64,000 nt of DNA from positions 11,762 through 75,761 of the forward strand of contig QCOV01000004.1 in NCBI GenBank assembly GCA_003212795.1, written 5' to 3'. Positions 1 to 9,860 of the stretch are shown one piece after another. The notes under the pieces were generated by a model that was not told where the DNA came from, did no database searches, and saw nothing but the letters and a program-made list of their open reading frames with translations. Source of the DNA: OCS116 cluster bacterium AG-435-F03. GTDB lineage: Bacteria > Pseudomonadota > Alphaproteobacteria > MED-G09. Within the stretch, counting starts at the first letter, position 1. Each line of letters begins with the position of its first letter. Position numbers and translations under genes: made by a program.

Positions 1-585
1 AAAGGTAATTGTTTAGGACTACATGTTAACATGCCTTTTGCTCCACCAACTAAGGAGGCTATGGAAAATCCAAGTGAAAGAGATAAAATTGCATTTGAAG
101 GCTTAAATTATTATCAAGAATGGGGTTCTGGTTATTCAAAACAACAAAGTACAAGACCACAAACTTTAGGATATAGCCTTGTAGACTCCCCAATTGGTCA
201 AGCGGCTTGGATAATAGAAAAATTCTATGAATGGACTGATTGTGATGGCCATCCAGAAAACATTCTTACAAAAGAAGAGTTAATCGATAATATTATGTTT
301 TACTGGTTAACAAAAAGTGGAGCGTCCTCAGCACGTCTTTATTGGGAGAGCTTTGGATCATTTGGAGGAAATCCTAACGAAAAGCTTACACTACCGATTG
401 GTTGTAGTATTTTTCCAAAAGAAATTTCTCGTACTCCAAAAGCTTGGGCAGAACAAGTCTACTCAAATATTGTTTATTGGAATGAATTAGAAAAAGGCGG
501 TCATTTTGCAGCATTTGAACAACCTGAAATTTTTATAAATGAAATTAGAAATTGTTTCCGAACAATGCGTGACAATTTATCTTAA
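1..585 (+). CDS. Epoxide hydrolase (microsomal/EHN alpha/beta-hydrolase family), 5'-truncated by window edge
   Basis: Frame is open from position 1; motifs GYSKQQSTRPQTLGY, DSPIGQAAWIIEKF, SSARLYWE and GGHFAAFEQP are typical of the family. Confidence 0.85.
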   Translation, partial: KGNCLGLHVNMPFAPPTKEAMENPSERDKIAFEGLNYYQEWGSGYSKQQSTRPQTLGYSLVDSPIGQAAWIIEKFYEWTDCDGHPENILTKEELIDNIMFYWLTKSGASSARLYWESFGSFGGNPNEKLTLPIGCSIFPKEISRTPKAWAEQVYSNIVYWNELEKGGHFAAFEQPEIFINEIRNCFRTMRDNLS

Positions 586-644
586 TATTAACATTGCAGT
601 TTCTACAATAAGACTTATTTTCGTTGCATTGTAGGGAGAATTAA

Positions 645-1733
645 ATGGTTAGGTTATTACTTTTATTATCAATTCTATTGTTTTCAATCAATATATCGGC
701 AATGTCGACTGCTATTGGACATGGCCCAATAGGCTTAATGGCTGATCATTTCCATAAAAAAGGAGAGTGGATGATATCTCTTAGGGTATCGAATATGGAA
801 ATGAAAAAAAATACTTTGGATGGCAAAAATATTTCAGATATTGAAGTTTTAAATCAGCCTAATCCTTCTTTCAAAATGTCTTCTATGAACGACATGCCTA
901 TGATGGAAATGTCATCAATGAAAATGCCTAAAAATCTAAGTGTAATTCCAAGAAAAATGACTATGAGAATGATTATGCTTGGGGCGATGTATGCGCCATC
1001 TGACAAAATAACTCTAATGGGCATGGCAATGTTCAATGACAAGGAAATGGAATTGGATACATATAGAGTAATGATGAATAGAAACTATTTAGGATCATTC
1101 GAAACCTCATCATCAGATTTATCAAAAATATCATTATCAGCATTATTTAATCTTCATGAAAATGAAAGCTCAAGATGGCATTTAATAGGTGGATTAGAGA
1201 AAAGCATTGGTGAAAATACAAAAAAAGGAATGGTTTTAACGCCAATGAACACAAATACCTCAATTACTTTGCCATACGGTATGCAGCCAAGTGATAAAGC
1301 TTTAAGATTATTAACTGGAGTTACAAATGTTACTAAAATAAATAATTTTGTTTTAGGTAACCAAATTTTATTTAGAAAAAGCATTGAAGAAGAAGACTGG
1401 AATTTTGGCGATGAATTTGAATATAACCTTTGGTTTCAAGGTTCATTTAATGACAATATTTCATATTCATTAAGGTTAAATTATTTAGATACTGATTCAA
1501 TAAGCGGTAAAAATGAAAATATAATGGCCCCTGTTCAAACAGCAAATCCAAGAAATTATGGTGGTGAAATCTTAAACATCGGAATAGGTTTTAATTTCAT
1601 AACAAATTTTTTACCTGGAAAACACTCTGATAGGTTAGCAATCGAGTATATTATACCCATTGACCAAGATAAAAGTGGTTTACAAATGAAGAATGAAGCT
1701 AAATTTATAATAGGTTTTCAAAAATCGTTATAA
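645..1733 (+). CDS. Met/His-rich outer-membrane beta-barrel-like protein, putative metal (copper) transporter
   Basis: Signal peptide; HGPIGLMADHFHKKGEWM motif; Met-rich loop (MSSMNDMPMMEMSSMKM); amphipathic C-terminal strand. Confidence 0.55.
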   Translation: MVRLLLLLSILLFSINISAMSTAIGHGPIGLMADHFHKKGEWMISLRVSNMEMKKNTLDGKNISDIEVLNQPNPSFKMSSMNDMPMMEMSSMKMPKNLSVIPRKMTMRMIMLGAMYAPSDKITLMGMAMFNDKEMELDTYRVMMNRNYLGSFETSSSDLSKISLSALFNLHENESSRWHLIGGLEKSIGENTKKGMVLTPMNTNTSITLPYGMQPSDKALRLLTGVTNVTKINNFVLGNQILFRKSIEEEDWNFGDEFEYNLWFQGSFNDNISYSLRLNYLDTDSISGKNENIMAPVQTANPRNYGGEILNIGIGFNFITNFLPGKHSDRLAIEYIIPIDQDKSGLQMKNEAKFIIGFQKSL

Positions 1734-1735
1734 AA

Positions 1736-2068
1736 TTAAATTTTTATTAAAAAATTTAGAATTGTTACAGAAATCACTGTTACTAAAATACTTATTAAAA
1801 AAGCTATATAAAAACCAAATTTTGAGATGACAAAAGGAAAAACTATAAACATTGGTATAGTTGGAACAATATAAAGCAATGTGTAAGACATATGTGATGA
1901 AATTTTTTCATCAGAATTTCCTTCATAATACATCCATAAAATAACAAGCAATGTCATTATAGGCATTGCCGCTATTAAGCCGCCTAGCTTATCATTAACT
2001 TTGGCAATTTCACTAATAAGAACTATAAGACCGGCAGTAACTATTATTTTAATTAGTAAAAAAATCAT
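1736..2068 (-). CDS. Small membrane protein, DUF3147-like
   Basis: Several TM helices; ISEIAK...LGGLIAAMP motif. Confidence 0.65.
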   Translation of the reverse strand: MIFLLIKIIVTAGLIVLISEIAKVNDKLGGLIAAMPIMTLLVILWMYYEGNSDEKISSHMSYTLLYIVPTIPMFIVFPFVISKFGFYIAFLISILVTVISVTILNFLIKI

Positions 2069-2070
2069 GT

Positions 2071-3132
2071 TTAATTTATTTTTGTGATTTCAATCTTTTC
2101 AGAATTAGGTGGTAAAATTACCAATGTTCCATCATCAGATAATGTCCATTCCTTTCTTATATCATTCACACCTCTAACAAACATTCTCTCCATCAATGTA
2201 TTTCTTGGTGCAGGAGTAAGATGATAAAAAACCAAATGCTTCACATTTGCCTGATTTGCAATTTCAGCGGCCTCAACAGGCGTTGTATGATAAGTCACTA
2301 TATCAGCCATAATTTTTGCAGCTAAATTATTTCCAATTTTTTTATTCTCATTTTCCAAAATTTTAACAATGTGGTTAGCTTGTGCCTCATGAAATAAAAC
2401 ATCAGCATTTATAGAATTCTTAATTGTATTTTCAGTAGATATTGTATCCCCACTTATTACAATAGACCTTCCTTTATAATCAAAGCGAAAACCTAAAGCT
2501 GGTTCAATAGGATCATGGATTACCTTAAAAGCAGTTACTTTCAAACCATTATCATCAATTATAATAGGATTTGATAAATCAATGGTAAAAGTCTCGTATC
2601 CAGCCAAATTAATGGGAGCGACCTTATCACCGTGATGCTCATTTCTAAATTGGTAATCTAATGTATATGCGTCTTCAAAACCATTAACAACATCTTCAAC
2701 TCCCTCAGGTCCGTAGACTTTTAATTTTTCAGTTTTAGTAGGATTATTAACCCATGTGTTTAAGTGTAAATCAGCAAGATCAGATATATGATCAGAATGA
2801 AGATGCGTAAAAAGAACGGCCTTAACCGGAGTTAGATCTATTCTCCAATTTCTCAAATTATTAATACTGCCATCACCAATATCAACTACATACAAGTTTT
2901 GACCCGCCTTAATGATAATGCAAGTTTCAGCTCTTCCAGGAGAAGGTAAGGGAGATCTGCTGCCACAAACTAAAGCGCTAAGTCCATCATCTGGTAAAGA
3001 AACAGGATTTGAAAGGACATTTTTTATAACATTTGTTACCACTCTATCCTGAATTGCAGGAACTCTAGATAAAACGAATAAGCTAATTACAAAGATAACT
3101 AATATAAGAATTATATATTTAACTATTTTCAA
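2071..3132 (-). CDS. Membrane-anchored MBL-fold metallohydrolase (RNase Z/AtsA-like)
   Basis: THLHSDH, ISGDT, HEA and YHTT motifs; N-terminal TM anchor. Confidence 0.85.
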   Translation of the reverse strand: MKIVKYIILILVIFVISLFVLSRVPAIQDRVVTNVIKNVLSNPVSLPDDGLSALVCGSRSPLPSPGRAETCIIIKAGQNLYVVDIGDGSINNLRNWRIDLTPVKAVLFTHLHSDHISDLADLHLNTWVNNPTKTEKLKVYGPEGVEDVVNGFEDAYTLDYQFRNEHHGDKVAPINLAGYETFTIDLSNPIIIDDNGLKVTAFKVIHDPIEPALGFRFDYKGRSIVISGDTISTENTIKNSINADVLFHEAQANHIVKILENENKKIGNNLAAKIMADIVTYHTTPVEAAEIANQANVKHLVFYHLTPAPRNTLMERMFVRGVNDIRKEWTLSDDGTLVILPPNSEKIEITKIN

Positions 3133-3605
3133 TTTGCTCTCCTTAAAGATAAAACAAAGAATATTAATAATAAGATCAGAATGTATGGAGCCATATAAAA
3201 ACCAGGCGTACCTGCTGTATTATAATCGTTAATCACATCACCACCTCTTCCAAAAAATGGGTAATAAATAACTCTTACTCCCCACTCAAAAATCCAAAAT
3301 AAATACATTAATGGTATAAATGAACGATATTTAATAATTGCTATCCAGCATGCAAAACAGAAAATCAATTGGGCAAATCCCCAAATAGAGAAAAAACGAT
3401 AAATTAATGGCATTGGATCAGGGTCACCGTTCAAAACAACAATATTTGCAATATCATGCATTCCAAAAGGTTCAAAAAACATATGTATTACTGAGCGCCA
3501 AGTCATAAGAGCAAGAAATATTATAAATGCCCACAGGGCTATTCGATTTCCTGAATAGTTATTGTTCACATTTTCAGGAAATATCTTATTAAGAAAATTT
3601 ACCAA
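3129..3605 (-). CDS. Hypothetical membrane protein
   Basis: About 4 TM segments; overlaps both neighbours in an operon. Confidence 0.65.
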   Translation of the reverse strand: MVNFLNKIFPENVNNNYSGNRIALWAFIIFLALMTWRSVIHMFFEPFGMHDIANIVVLNGDPDPMPLIYRFFSIWGFAQLIFCFACWIAIIKYRSFIPLMYLFWIFEWGVRVIYYPFFGRGGDVINDYNTAGTPGFYMAPYILILLLIFFVLSLRRAN

Positions 3606-4183
3606 TCAAATTCTCCTGTTTTAGTTTCAATATTAAGTTGTCCTTTTAAGCCTGCGGCACGGTGTTTTTCACTTTCTTGGTAATCCGTATCCATAATCAT
3701 TTCCATCATAGCTTTTCGACTGGGGTATTTAGCAATTGCAATTACGTCCCAAAGCTCACCTACTTCGCCCAACATCATTCGTTCAACTTTTCCCGAAAAA
3801 ATTAGTTCCGCATCAACTTTTTTAAGATGCTCTTGTACTTCTTGCCCATAAATTGAGTAAGCCTCTTCACCGGTTAAGTTAGTTTCCCTACCATCTTCAT
3901 ATTCTGCTTTATCTTTAAATTTCAGTAAATTAACCATATATATAGGTGTATCAATATCACCTTCCATAAACCCTTTCATTTGTTCATCATTTGGTACTAA
4001 TGCATTTTTTACTTCCATAATCTCATCTCCATTAATTTCTTTTACAGATAATTCCGACTTTTCTCCAGACCCTCGTGCTTCAATGATAAGAGGATATATT
4101 TCAAAAATAATATTTGCTCGGTAATGCCAAACAACGCTTCCCAAAATTATACAAATAAAAATAATGATTACAAAATTCTTCAT
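3599..4183 (-). CDS. DUF1330-family protein with N-terminal hydrophobic extension (alternative start at 4018)
   Basis: PIYMVNLLKFK, WDVIAIAKYPS and HRAAGL motifs. Confidence 0.75.
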   Translation of the reverse strand: MKNFVIIIFICIILGSVVWHYRANIIFEIYPLIIEARGSGEKSELSVKEINGDEIMEVKNALVPNDEQMKGFMEGDIDTPIYMVNLLKFKDKAEYEDGRETNLTGEEAYSIYGQEVQEHLKKVDAELIFSGKVERMMLGEVGELWDVIAIAKYPSRKAMMEMIMDTDYQESEKHRAAGLKGQLNIETKTGEFDW

Positions 4184-5248
4184 TTATTCTTCCTTTATAA
4201 AATCTACAAGAATCTCTGAAAGCTTTTGAGATCTTGTCCATTGAAAAAAATGACCTCCTCCTATATGGGGTGCACTTTTTGCATTTGGACACATATTTAA
4301 AACATCTTGCTCTATTCCATTTGTTACAGGATCATCGCCAGCAAAAACACTGAGAAATGGTTTATCCCATTTCCTAAAAAATTCCCTTGCCTTCCTTTGT
4401 TCATCAAGAGATTGATCAGGAATTATAGGCACTTGACTTGGCATTGCTCTAGGGCCCATTTTGTAACTTGGGTCTGGAAACGGTGCCTCATATGCTTTTG
4501 CTATATATGACTTAAAAGGAGAAGCGTTATATTTTCCTAATAATATAAATATATAATTTAAAAATGTTGAAACTAGTGATCTCTTTTCCATTTGCATAGA
4601 TTGAATGAAACCAATGGGAAGATCCTCTGTATCCCAACAAAATTTCTGCCAATACATAAATTTTAATCCAGGATGGGTTTTACCATTATCCATTTCTCTC
4701 ACTTTTTTAGCCATAGATAATGGATGCAGTTTAATATCGCTCTCTCTAAAGGTTTTTATTTCTTCAACAACTTCTTCTGGTGCATCAGGATTATAGGGAA
4801 GTCCGGTATTGCCCATTGAAACCTTTGAAAACCTATATGGTTCCCTCGCAACTACTCTTAACCCAATTAACCCACCCCAATCCTGTCCAAAGAAAGTTAT
4901 ATCTTGAAAGTCATTAGCATTTAACCAGTCAACCATCCAATCGACTTGATTTTGGTAACTGTAATCAGATCTTGAAGCAGGTTTATCAGACTTTCCATAA
5001 CCCGGTAAATCAGGCGCGATAACTCTTATTCCAGCTTTTGTTAAGAAAGGTATCATTCTTGAGTAGAGATAACACCAAACTGGTTGACCATGCATTGCCA
5101 ACAGTATAGGTCCATCTTTAGGCCCTTCATCTATGTGATGTATTCTTAATTCACTTCCATCTTTAGTCTTTATATTCGTATAACATGGCTCATAAGGAAA
5201 ATCGGTTATTACATCAAAACTTTTGTCAGGCGTTCTCAATATTTTCAT
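4184..5248 (-). CDS. Haloalkane dehalogenase-family alpha/beta hydrolase
   Basis: ILRTPD start, HGQPVW, APDLPGYGKSDKP, nucleophile elbow QDWGG, AYEAPFP, GHFFQ. Confidence 0.85.
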   Translation of the reverse strand: MKILRTPDKSFDVITDFPYEPCYTNIKTKDGSELRIHHIDEGPKDGPILLAMHGQPVWCYLYSRMIPFLTKAGIRVIAPDLPGYGKSDKPASRSDYSYQNQVDWMVDWLNANDFQDITFFGQDWGGLIGLRVVAREPYRFSKVSMGNTGLPYNPDAPEEVVEEIKTFRESDIKLHPLSMAKKVREMDNGKTHPGLKFMYWQKFCWDTEDLPIGFIQSMQMEKRSLVSTFLNYIFILLGKYNASPFKSYIAKAYEAPFPDPSYKMGPRAMPSQVPIIPDQSLDEQRKAREFFRKWDKPFLSVFAGDDPVTNGIEQDVLNMCPNAKSAPHIGGGHFFQWTRSQKLSEILVDFIKEE

Positions 5249-5250
5249 AT

Positions 5251-6294
5251 TTACTCCTTACCTATCAGTAATTTTTCACAACCCGTTTCTTTTAAAAAAT
5301 TAAAAACCTTTGTCTTGTCATCTTGGTCAAGCTCATTAAATTCATCTCTAATCCATTCTAAGCACTTAGCTTGATAGGGAAATGTTTTTTGCTCCCACAT
5401 TTGGTCATCAATTTTTGTTGACCAAGTTTCTTTGCCCTCTTTAAAAGCTATTGAATTTGCAATCATTGCAGGTACATATCCATGACTCAATTCCTCAAAA
5501 ATGGAGAAGGTTGTGTCTGGAAAATCTTTAATTGATAAAAGATGACTTGAGTCTACATTAAAACCTGATAAATCCTCCATAATATCAACCCAAGCAACAG
5601 ATCTAGGTGATAACTCTAGAGCTATTTCTCTTGATGTTGGATCAAAGCCAATGAGTTGGGTCATTTGTCCATAAAAAGCAAAATCTGATGACAAAGGCTT
5701 ATTGCCCAATAAAAAGGGGGTAGTTTCAAAATGATTTTCTAATAATGCTAGAAATCTTTTATAACTTCTTTCAATAATATCTGCAGTTTTTTCATTGGAA
5801 CCAACAACCCATAATCTACTTATCTGCAAATCAGTAATATATTTTTTAAAATCTTTATGTACTTTTTCTTCTAAGTTTACTGAGTGAAGAAGAGGCAATA
5901 TATTGCCAGCATTATCAATATCCCTTTGAAAATGCCACCGATAATGGAACATGTATTTAGTTACCCATTCATCGCCAAAATCTTCAAGAATTGAGTTTAA
6001 TAAGGCAAGAGATTTATTTTTCGGAATAATACCTCTGTCAGAATTACTAACCTCAAGTTTTCTTATTATGGGTGTTGTATCGCAAATAGCTGTAACTTCA
6101 CTGCCATTATGTAATAAAACTACTGGTAAAAGTGTGGGTTTGGGAGTTTCCAAGCCCATCGAATTTAATATTTCTTTGGCATTACCCCAAATTACGGAAT
6201 GTTGAATATTCCTATACCTTAAAGCTGATAGCATTTTCCTAGTGTAGGGTGATGCTGGTAAGCCAATTATCGTTATTTTGTTTTTATTTTCCAA
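5251..6294 (-). CDS. Glutathione S-transferase-like protein
   Basis: SPYTRKM, LLP...DTTPII, EDFGDEW...MFHYRW, FLLG...DFAFYG. Confidence 0.8.
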   Translation of the reverse strand: MENKNKITIIGLPASPYTRKMLSALRYRNIQHSVIWGNAKEILNSMGLETPKPTLLPVVLLHNGSEVTAICDTTPIIRKLEVSNSDRGIIPKNKSLALLNSILEDFGDEWVTKYMFHYRWHFQRDIDNAGNILPLLHSVNLEEKVHKDFKKYITDLQISRLWVVGSNEKTADIIERSYKRFLALLENHFETTPFLLGNKPLSSDFAFYGQMTQLIGFDPTSREIALELSPRSVAWVDIMEDLSGFNVDSSHLLSIKDFPDTTFSIFEELSHGYVPAMIANSIAFKEGKETWSTKIDDQMWEQKTFPYQAKCLEWIRDEFNELDQDDKTKVFNFLKETGCEKLLIGKE

Positions 6295-6339
6295 TAATAT
6301 ATACTCCTATCTATAATAAAAAATAACAAGTAATAAAGG

Positions 6340-7461
6340 TTGGATATGAGTCTCATCAAAGAAGAGTTACAAACATCAAAAAAAAATTTAACACAAAGAA
6401 GAATTGTTACAAATGATATTGATTTGGATGATTTAAAAAATGGAGAAATAATAGTTCAAATTGAAAATTTTGCTTTCACATCTAACAATGTTACATACGG
6501 TGTTGCAGGTGAAATGATGGGTTATTGGCAATTTTTTCCAACTATGAATGATCCTGAGAACATATGGGGATGCATACCAATGTGGGGTTTTGCTGAAATA
6601 AAGTACTCAAATAATAAAGAATTAGAAGTTGGAGAAAGACTTTTTGGTTATTTTCCGGCATCTAATATTTTGACTTTGAAACCGATAAAAATTTCACAAA
6701 AAACTTTTATAGATGGTGAGGAACATCGAAAAGAATTACCTCCAGTTTACAATAATTACATAAGATTAAACAATGAAGATAATTATAATAAGAATAATGA
6801 CAATATAAGGGCTCTTTTATTTCCACTTCATATAACGTCTTTTTGTTTATGTGATTATCTTCAAAATGAAAATTATTTAGGGGCTGAACAGGTGATCATA
6901 GTAAGCGCATCTAGTAAAACAGCTATTGGTCTTGCTCAAGGTTTGCAAAGTGAAGAGAAAAAACCTGAAATTATTGGGTTAACTTCAAAAAGAAATTCTG
7001 AATTTGTAAAAAGCTTAAATTCATATGATCAGATTTATTCTTATGATGACCTTGGTGATATAAATATTAATAATTCTAGTGTAATGGTCGATATGGCTGG
7101 TAATAGAGAAATACTAGGAAAACTTCATAGCTCACTTGGAAATCACATGCTTAAGTGTATTACAGTTGGTATGACACATTGGGATAATGAAACAACAGCT
7201 GATGATGCAATGGGTCAACTCATGAATAGAGATAGAACTGAGTTCTTTTTTGCTCCAGATCATATCCAAAAAAGAATAAGTGACTGGGGAACAGATGGTT
7301 ACAATAAAAAAACAACATCTTTTATGGATGCTAGAGCCGAACAAAGCAAAAATTGGATGAACATTAAAGAAGTTTCAGGATTAAATAATTTTTTAGATAC
7401 TTATGATGAAGTTATTCAAGGTGATATAAATCCAAATGAAGGAATAATTGTTAATATCTAA
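6340..7461 (+). CDS. DUF2855-family protein (MDR-like fold)
   Basis: FAFTSNNVTYG, YWQFFP, PMWGFA, SASSKTA and FFFAPDHI motifs. Confidence 0.75.
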   Translation: MDMSLIKEELQTSKKNLTQRRIVTNDIDLDDLKNGEIIVQIENFAFTSNNVTYGVAGEMMGYWQFFPTMNDPENIWGCIPMWGFAEIKYSNNKELEVGERLFGYFPASNILTLKPIKISQKTFIDGEEHRKELPPVYNNYIRLNNEDNYNKNNDNIRALLFPLHITSFCLCDYLQNENYLGAEQVIIVSASSKTAIGLAQGLQSEEKKPEIIGLTSKRNSEFVKSLNSYDQIYSYDDLGDININNSSVMVDMAGNREILGKLHSSLGNHMLKCITVGMTHWDNETTADDAMGQLMNRDRTEFFFAPDHIQKRISDWGTDGYNKKTTSFMDARAEQSKNWMNIKEVSGLNNFLDTYDEVIQGDINPNEGIIVNI

Positions 7462-7493
7462 TTAAATAAATTCTTAAATCAGAGAATTATAGA

Positions 7494-8192
7494 CTACCAA
7501 GGATGAATATCGCCATTCCATTTATAAAAATTGCCAGAATCTTCTTTTGTTAGTCCGCTAATCACATTCCTAATACCAGACGCACTTTCTTCTGCTGTTA
7601 TTTCTGCACCTGGTCCACCCATATCCGTTTGAACCCATCCTGGATGCATGATTGACACAGTTATTGGATCTTCAGCCCAATCAAGAGATAATATTTTACC
7701 GACTTTACCAACTGCAGCTTTAGTGGTTGAATAAATATACATTCCACCCATTGGCCATGTAGAAGCGCCTAACTGACTGGAGAGTATCATTAGGTTTCCA
7801 TTACCCGAAGCAACTAAATTGCTTTTAAATGCTTTCGCAACCAAAAGTGGGCCAATTGTGTTTGTATCAAGAGTTTTATGCCATTGATCTATATCTATAT
7901 TATCAAGTGATTGTTGTTCCATTGGATCTCCTCCAACATCGCCTGCAACTATTATCACGGTATCTATAACGCTATCTCCTATATTAGTTGCAGCAGCGTC
8001 AATCGATGAGGGATCTGCAATATCAAGCTGTTCGATAGAAATATTTTCTGATCCTGAAGCAAGTTCGTCAAGCAAAGAGGCATTGGCTTTATCTCTAGCG
8101 CAAGCAATTACAGAATTTCCGTCATCGGAATACTGCTTTGTTAATTCAAGCCCAATTCCTCTAGTAGCACCAACAATTAATATATTTGACAT
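7494..8192 (-). CDS. SDR oxidoreductase (CsgA/C-factor-like)
   Basis: GATRGIG, YxxxK (YSTTK), HPGWVQTDMGG. Confidence 0.85.
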   Translation of the reverse strand: MSNILIVGATRGIGLELTKQYSDDGNSVIACARDKANASLLDELASGSENISIEQLDIADPSSIDAAATNIGDSVIDTVIIVAGDVGGDPMEQQSLDNIDIDQWHKTLDTNTIGPLLVAKAFKSNLVASGNGNLMILSSQLGASTWPMGGMYIYSTTKAAVGKVGKILSLDWAEDPITVSIMHPGWVQTDMGGPGAEITAEESASGIRNVISGLTKEDSGNFYKWNGDIHPW

Positions 8193-8261
8193 ATGTATCT
8201 CCCTTAATCCTAAATAATGACATCAATATTACAGAATGTATTTAAATACTCAACAACAACT

Positions 8262-8852
8262 TTATTTCCTTGGCTCTCTTATCATAGGGTGAGCGGGGGG
8301 AGAGTCACCAATTTGAACTTTACCCATACTTTCAAAACCATGCCTTTCATAAAGCGACATATTTCGCGGATTAGAAGATTCTAAATATGCTCTCTCTCCT
8401 CTTTCATCAATCGTTTTGAGGGCTTCTTTTAATATAAAGGAACCAACACCAAGACCTTGTTTTGATGGATCGACGCCAATAAAAGCTAAATACCAAGCAT
8501 CATCGGGATGATAATTTGAGAATTCCTCAAAAAACTGACTTACAAATTCAATTCTCTCCTCTGTCATCCATTCTAGTGTTGGATATAAACATGTTTCATC
8601 AAATTCAAAACCAGGTGGATGCCATATTGAAGCCCCATAAAAATTTTCTTCGGCAAATACTACATCATTAGAAAAAGATATTTTTGAAAATTCTTCCATC
8701 CATGTATCAAAATTTACTAAATAAATATTTGGATCAGGAAACACCCATCTTATTAAAGGATCAGATGAGAAGCCAAGTTTTAAAACGCCTTTTATTTTAT
8801 CTTTTTGTTGTTTTTGTGCCCTTATAATTTTTGGTAAATTATTCTCTTCCAT
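8262..8852 (-). CDS. GNAT N-acetyltransferase
   Basis: WYLAFIGVDPSKQGLGVGS acetyl-CoA motif; YLESSNPRNMSLYERHGF. Confidence 0.9.
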   Translation of the reverse strand: MEENNLPKIIRAQKQQKDKIKGVLKLGFSSDPLIRWVFPDPNIYLVNFDTWMEEFSKISFSNDVVFAEENFYGASIWHPPGFEFDETCLYPTLEWMTEERIEFVSQFFEEFSNYHPDDAWYLAFIGVDPSKQGLGVGSFILKEALKTIDERGERAYLESSNPRNMSLYERHGFESMGKVQIGDSPPAHPMIREPRK

Positions 8853-8860
8853 AGCTTCCC

Positions 8861-9796
8861 TTACATTCGTTTAAAATTAAATTCATTATCCCTATACAAT
8901 ACTATATCAGCAAATTTTGGTATTTCTTCCAAAACATATCTTGTTAACCTTTCATAATGCATAACAAAATGAATAACCTCTTCTTTTGTCATAATTTTCT
9001 TTTTCATTTCTGGATCAGTAAGATTTTTTTCAAGAGTTTTTTCTTGTATCCATCTACTTTCAAAAATATGTTCCATGCTTGGCACCTTAATCATGAGCAA
9101 TATATCAAAACTGTTAAACAATTCCTGATAATCTCCCGATAATTCTCTATTATACCACTTTGACCAAACTCCATCTGGATCTTGTTTTTCTTCTAGCTCG
9201 TTTAAAGGTGGTGACCAATTTTTTTCAGAAATTGGCTTAGCTCCGCAAAACCATCCATCAAAAAAAATAAAATCTGGTTTTCCTTTGTATTGCACCCATT
9301 CACTCTCTGGTAAATGCTTATCTAATGGCTTAGAAAATACAGGAATTGATGTAATCATTTCATTTGTGGCAAAATTTAAGGAATCTATTGTCTTTAAACC
9401 AAGGTCAACATCATGAGTACCAGGTACACCCCTAACTTTACACATAGTATGAATTTTTTTTCCAAGTAATTCTCTATCATTTTGAGATTTGTATATGTCA
9501 TCAATTGAGAAGCCTGTAGTTCTTTTTTTAAATCCTTTTTTTAAGGCCAACTGAACAAAGTCAGATAATGTTGTTTTACCTGAACCTTGCCCGCCTGTAA
9601 GGCCTATCAATAAAGGTTTTGCAGTCTTTTCTAACGAATTTAGATATACAGCTATAGGAATTACTATTTCTTTGAAAAATTTTTGATCAATATTTTTAAT
9701 TTTAATACTATCAGAATAGGAAAATAAATCCTTTTTAACTTTTTCAAAAAGAATTAGGCAATTTTCATCATTTGAATCTGGTAGTTTTACAGCCAT
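8861..9796 (-). CDS. P-loop kinase, D-glycerate 3-kinase (GLYK-type)-like
   Basis: GGQGSGKTT, SIDDIY, RGVPGTHD, FVMHYERLT. Confidence 0.7.
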   Translation of the reverse strand: MAVKLPDSNDENCLILFEKVKKDLFSYSDSIKIKNIDQKFFKEIVIPIAVYLNSLEKTAKPLLIGLTGGQGSGKTTLSDFVQLALKKGFKKRTTGFSIDDIYKSQNDRELLGKKIHTMCKVRGVPGTHDVDLGLKTIDSLNFATNEMITSIPVFSKPLDKHLPESEWVQYKGKPDFIFFDGWFCGAKPISEKNWSPPLNELEEKQDPDGVWSKWYNRELSGDYQELFNSFDILLMIKVPSMEHIFESRWIQEKTLEKNLTDPEMKKKIMTKEEVIHFVMHYERLTRYVLEEIPKFADIVLYRDNEFNFKRM

Positions 9797-9860
9797 AATA
9801 TTTCCCTTTGTTTACAATTTAACAAATATTATATAAAAAATGGAAAATTAAAAAAAAATC

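Noticed and set aside
3278..3290. GAGTGGG match on the minus strand
   Set aside because: Inside a CDS (FEWGV) with no flanking inverted repeat or extended similarity
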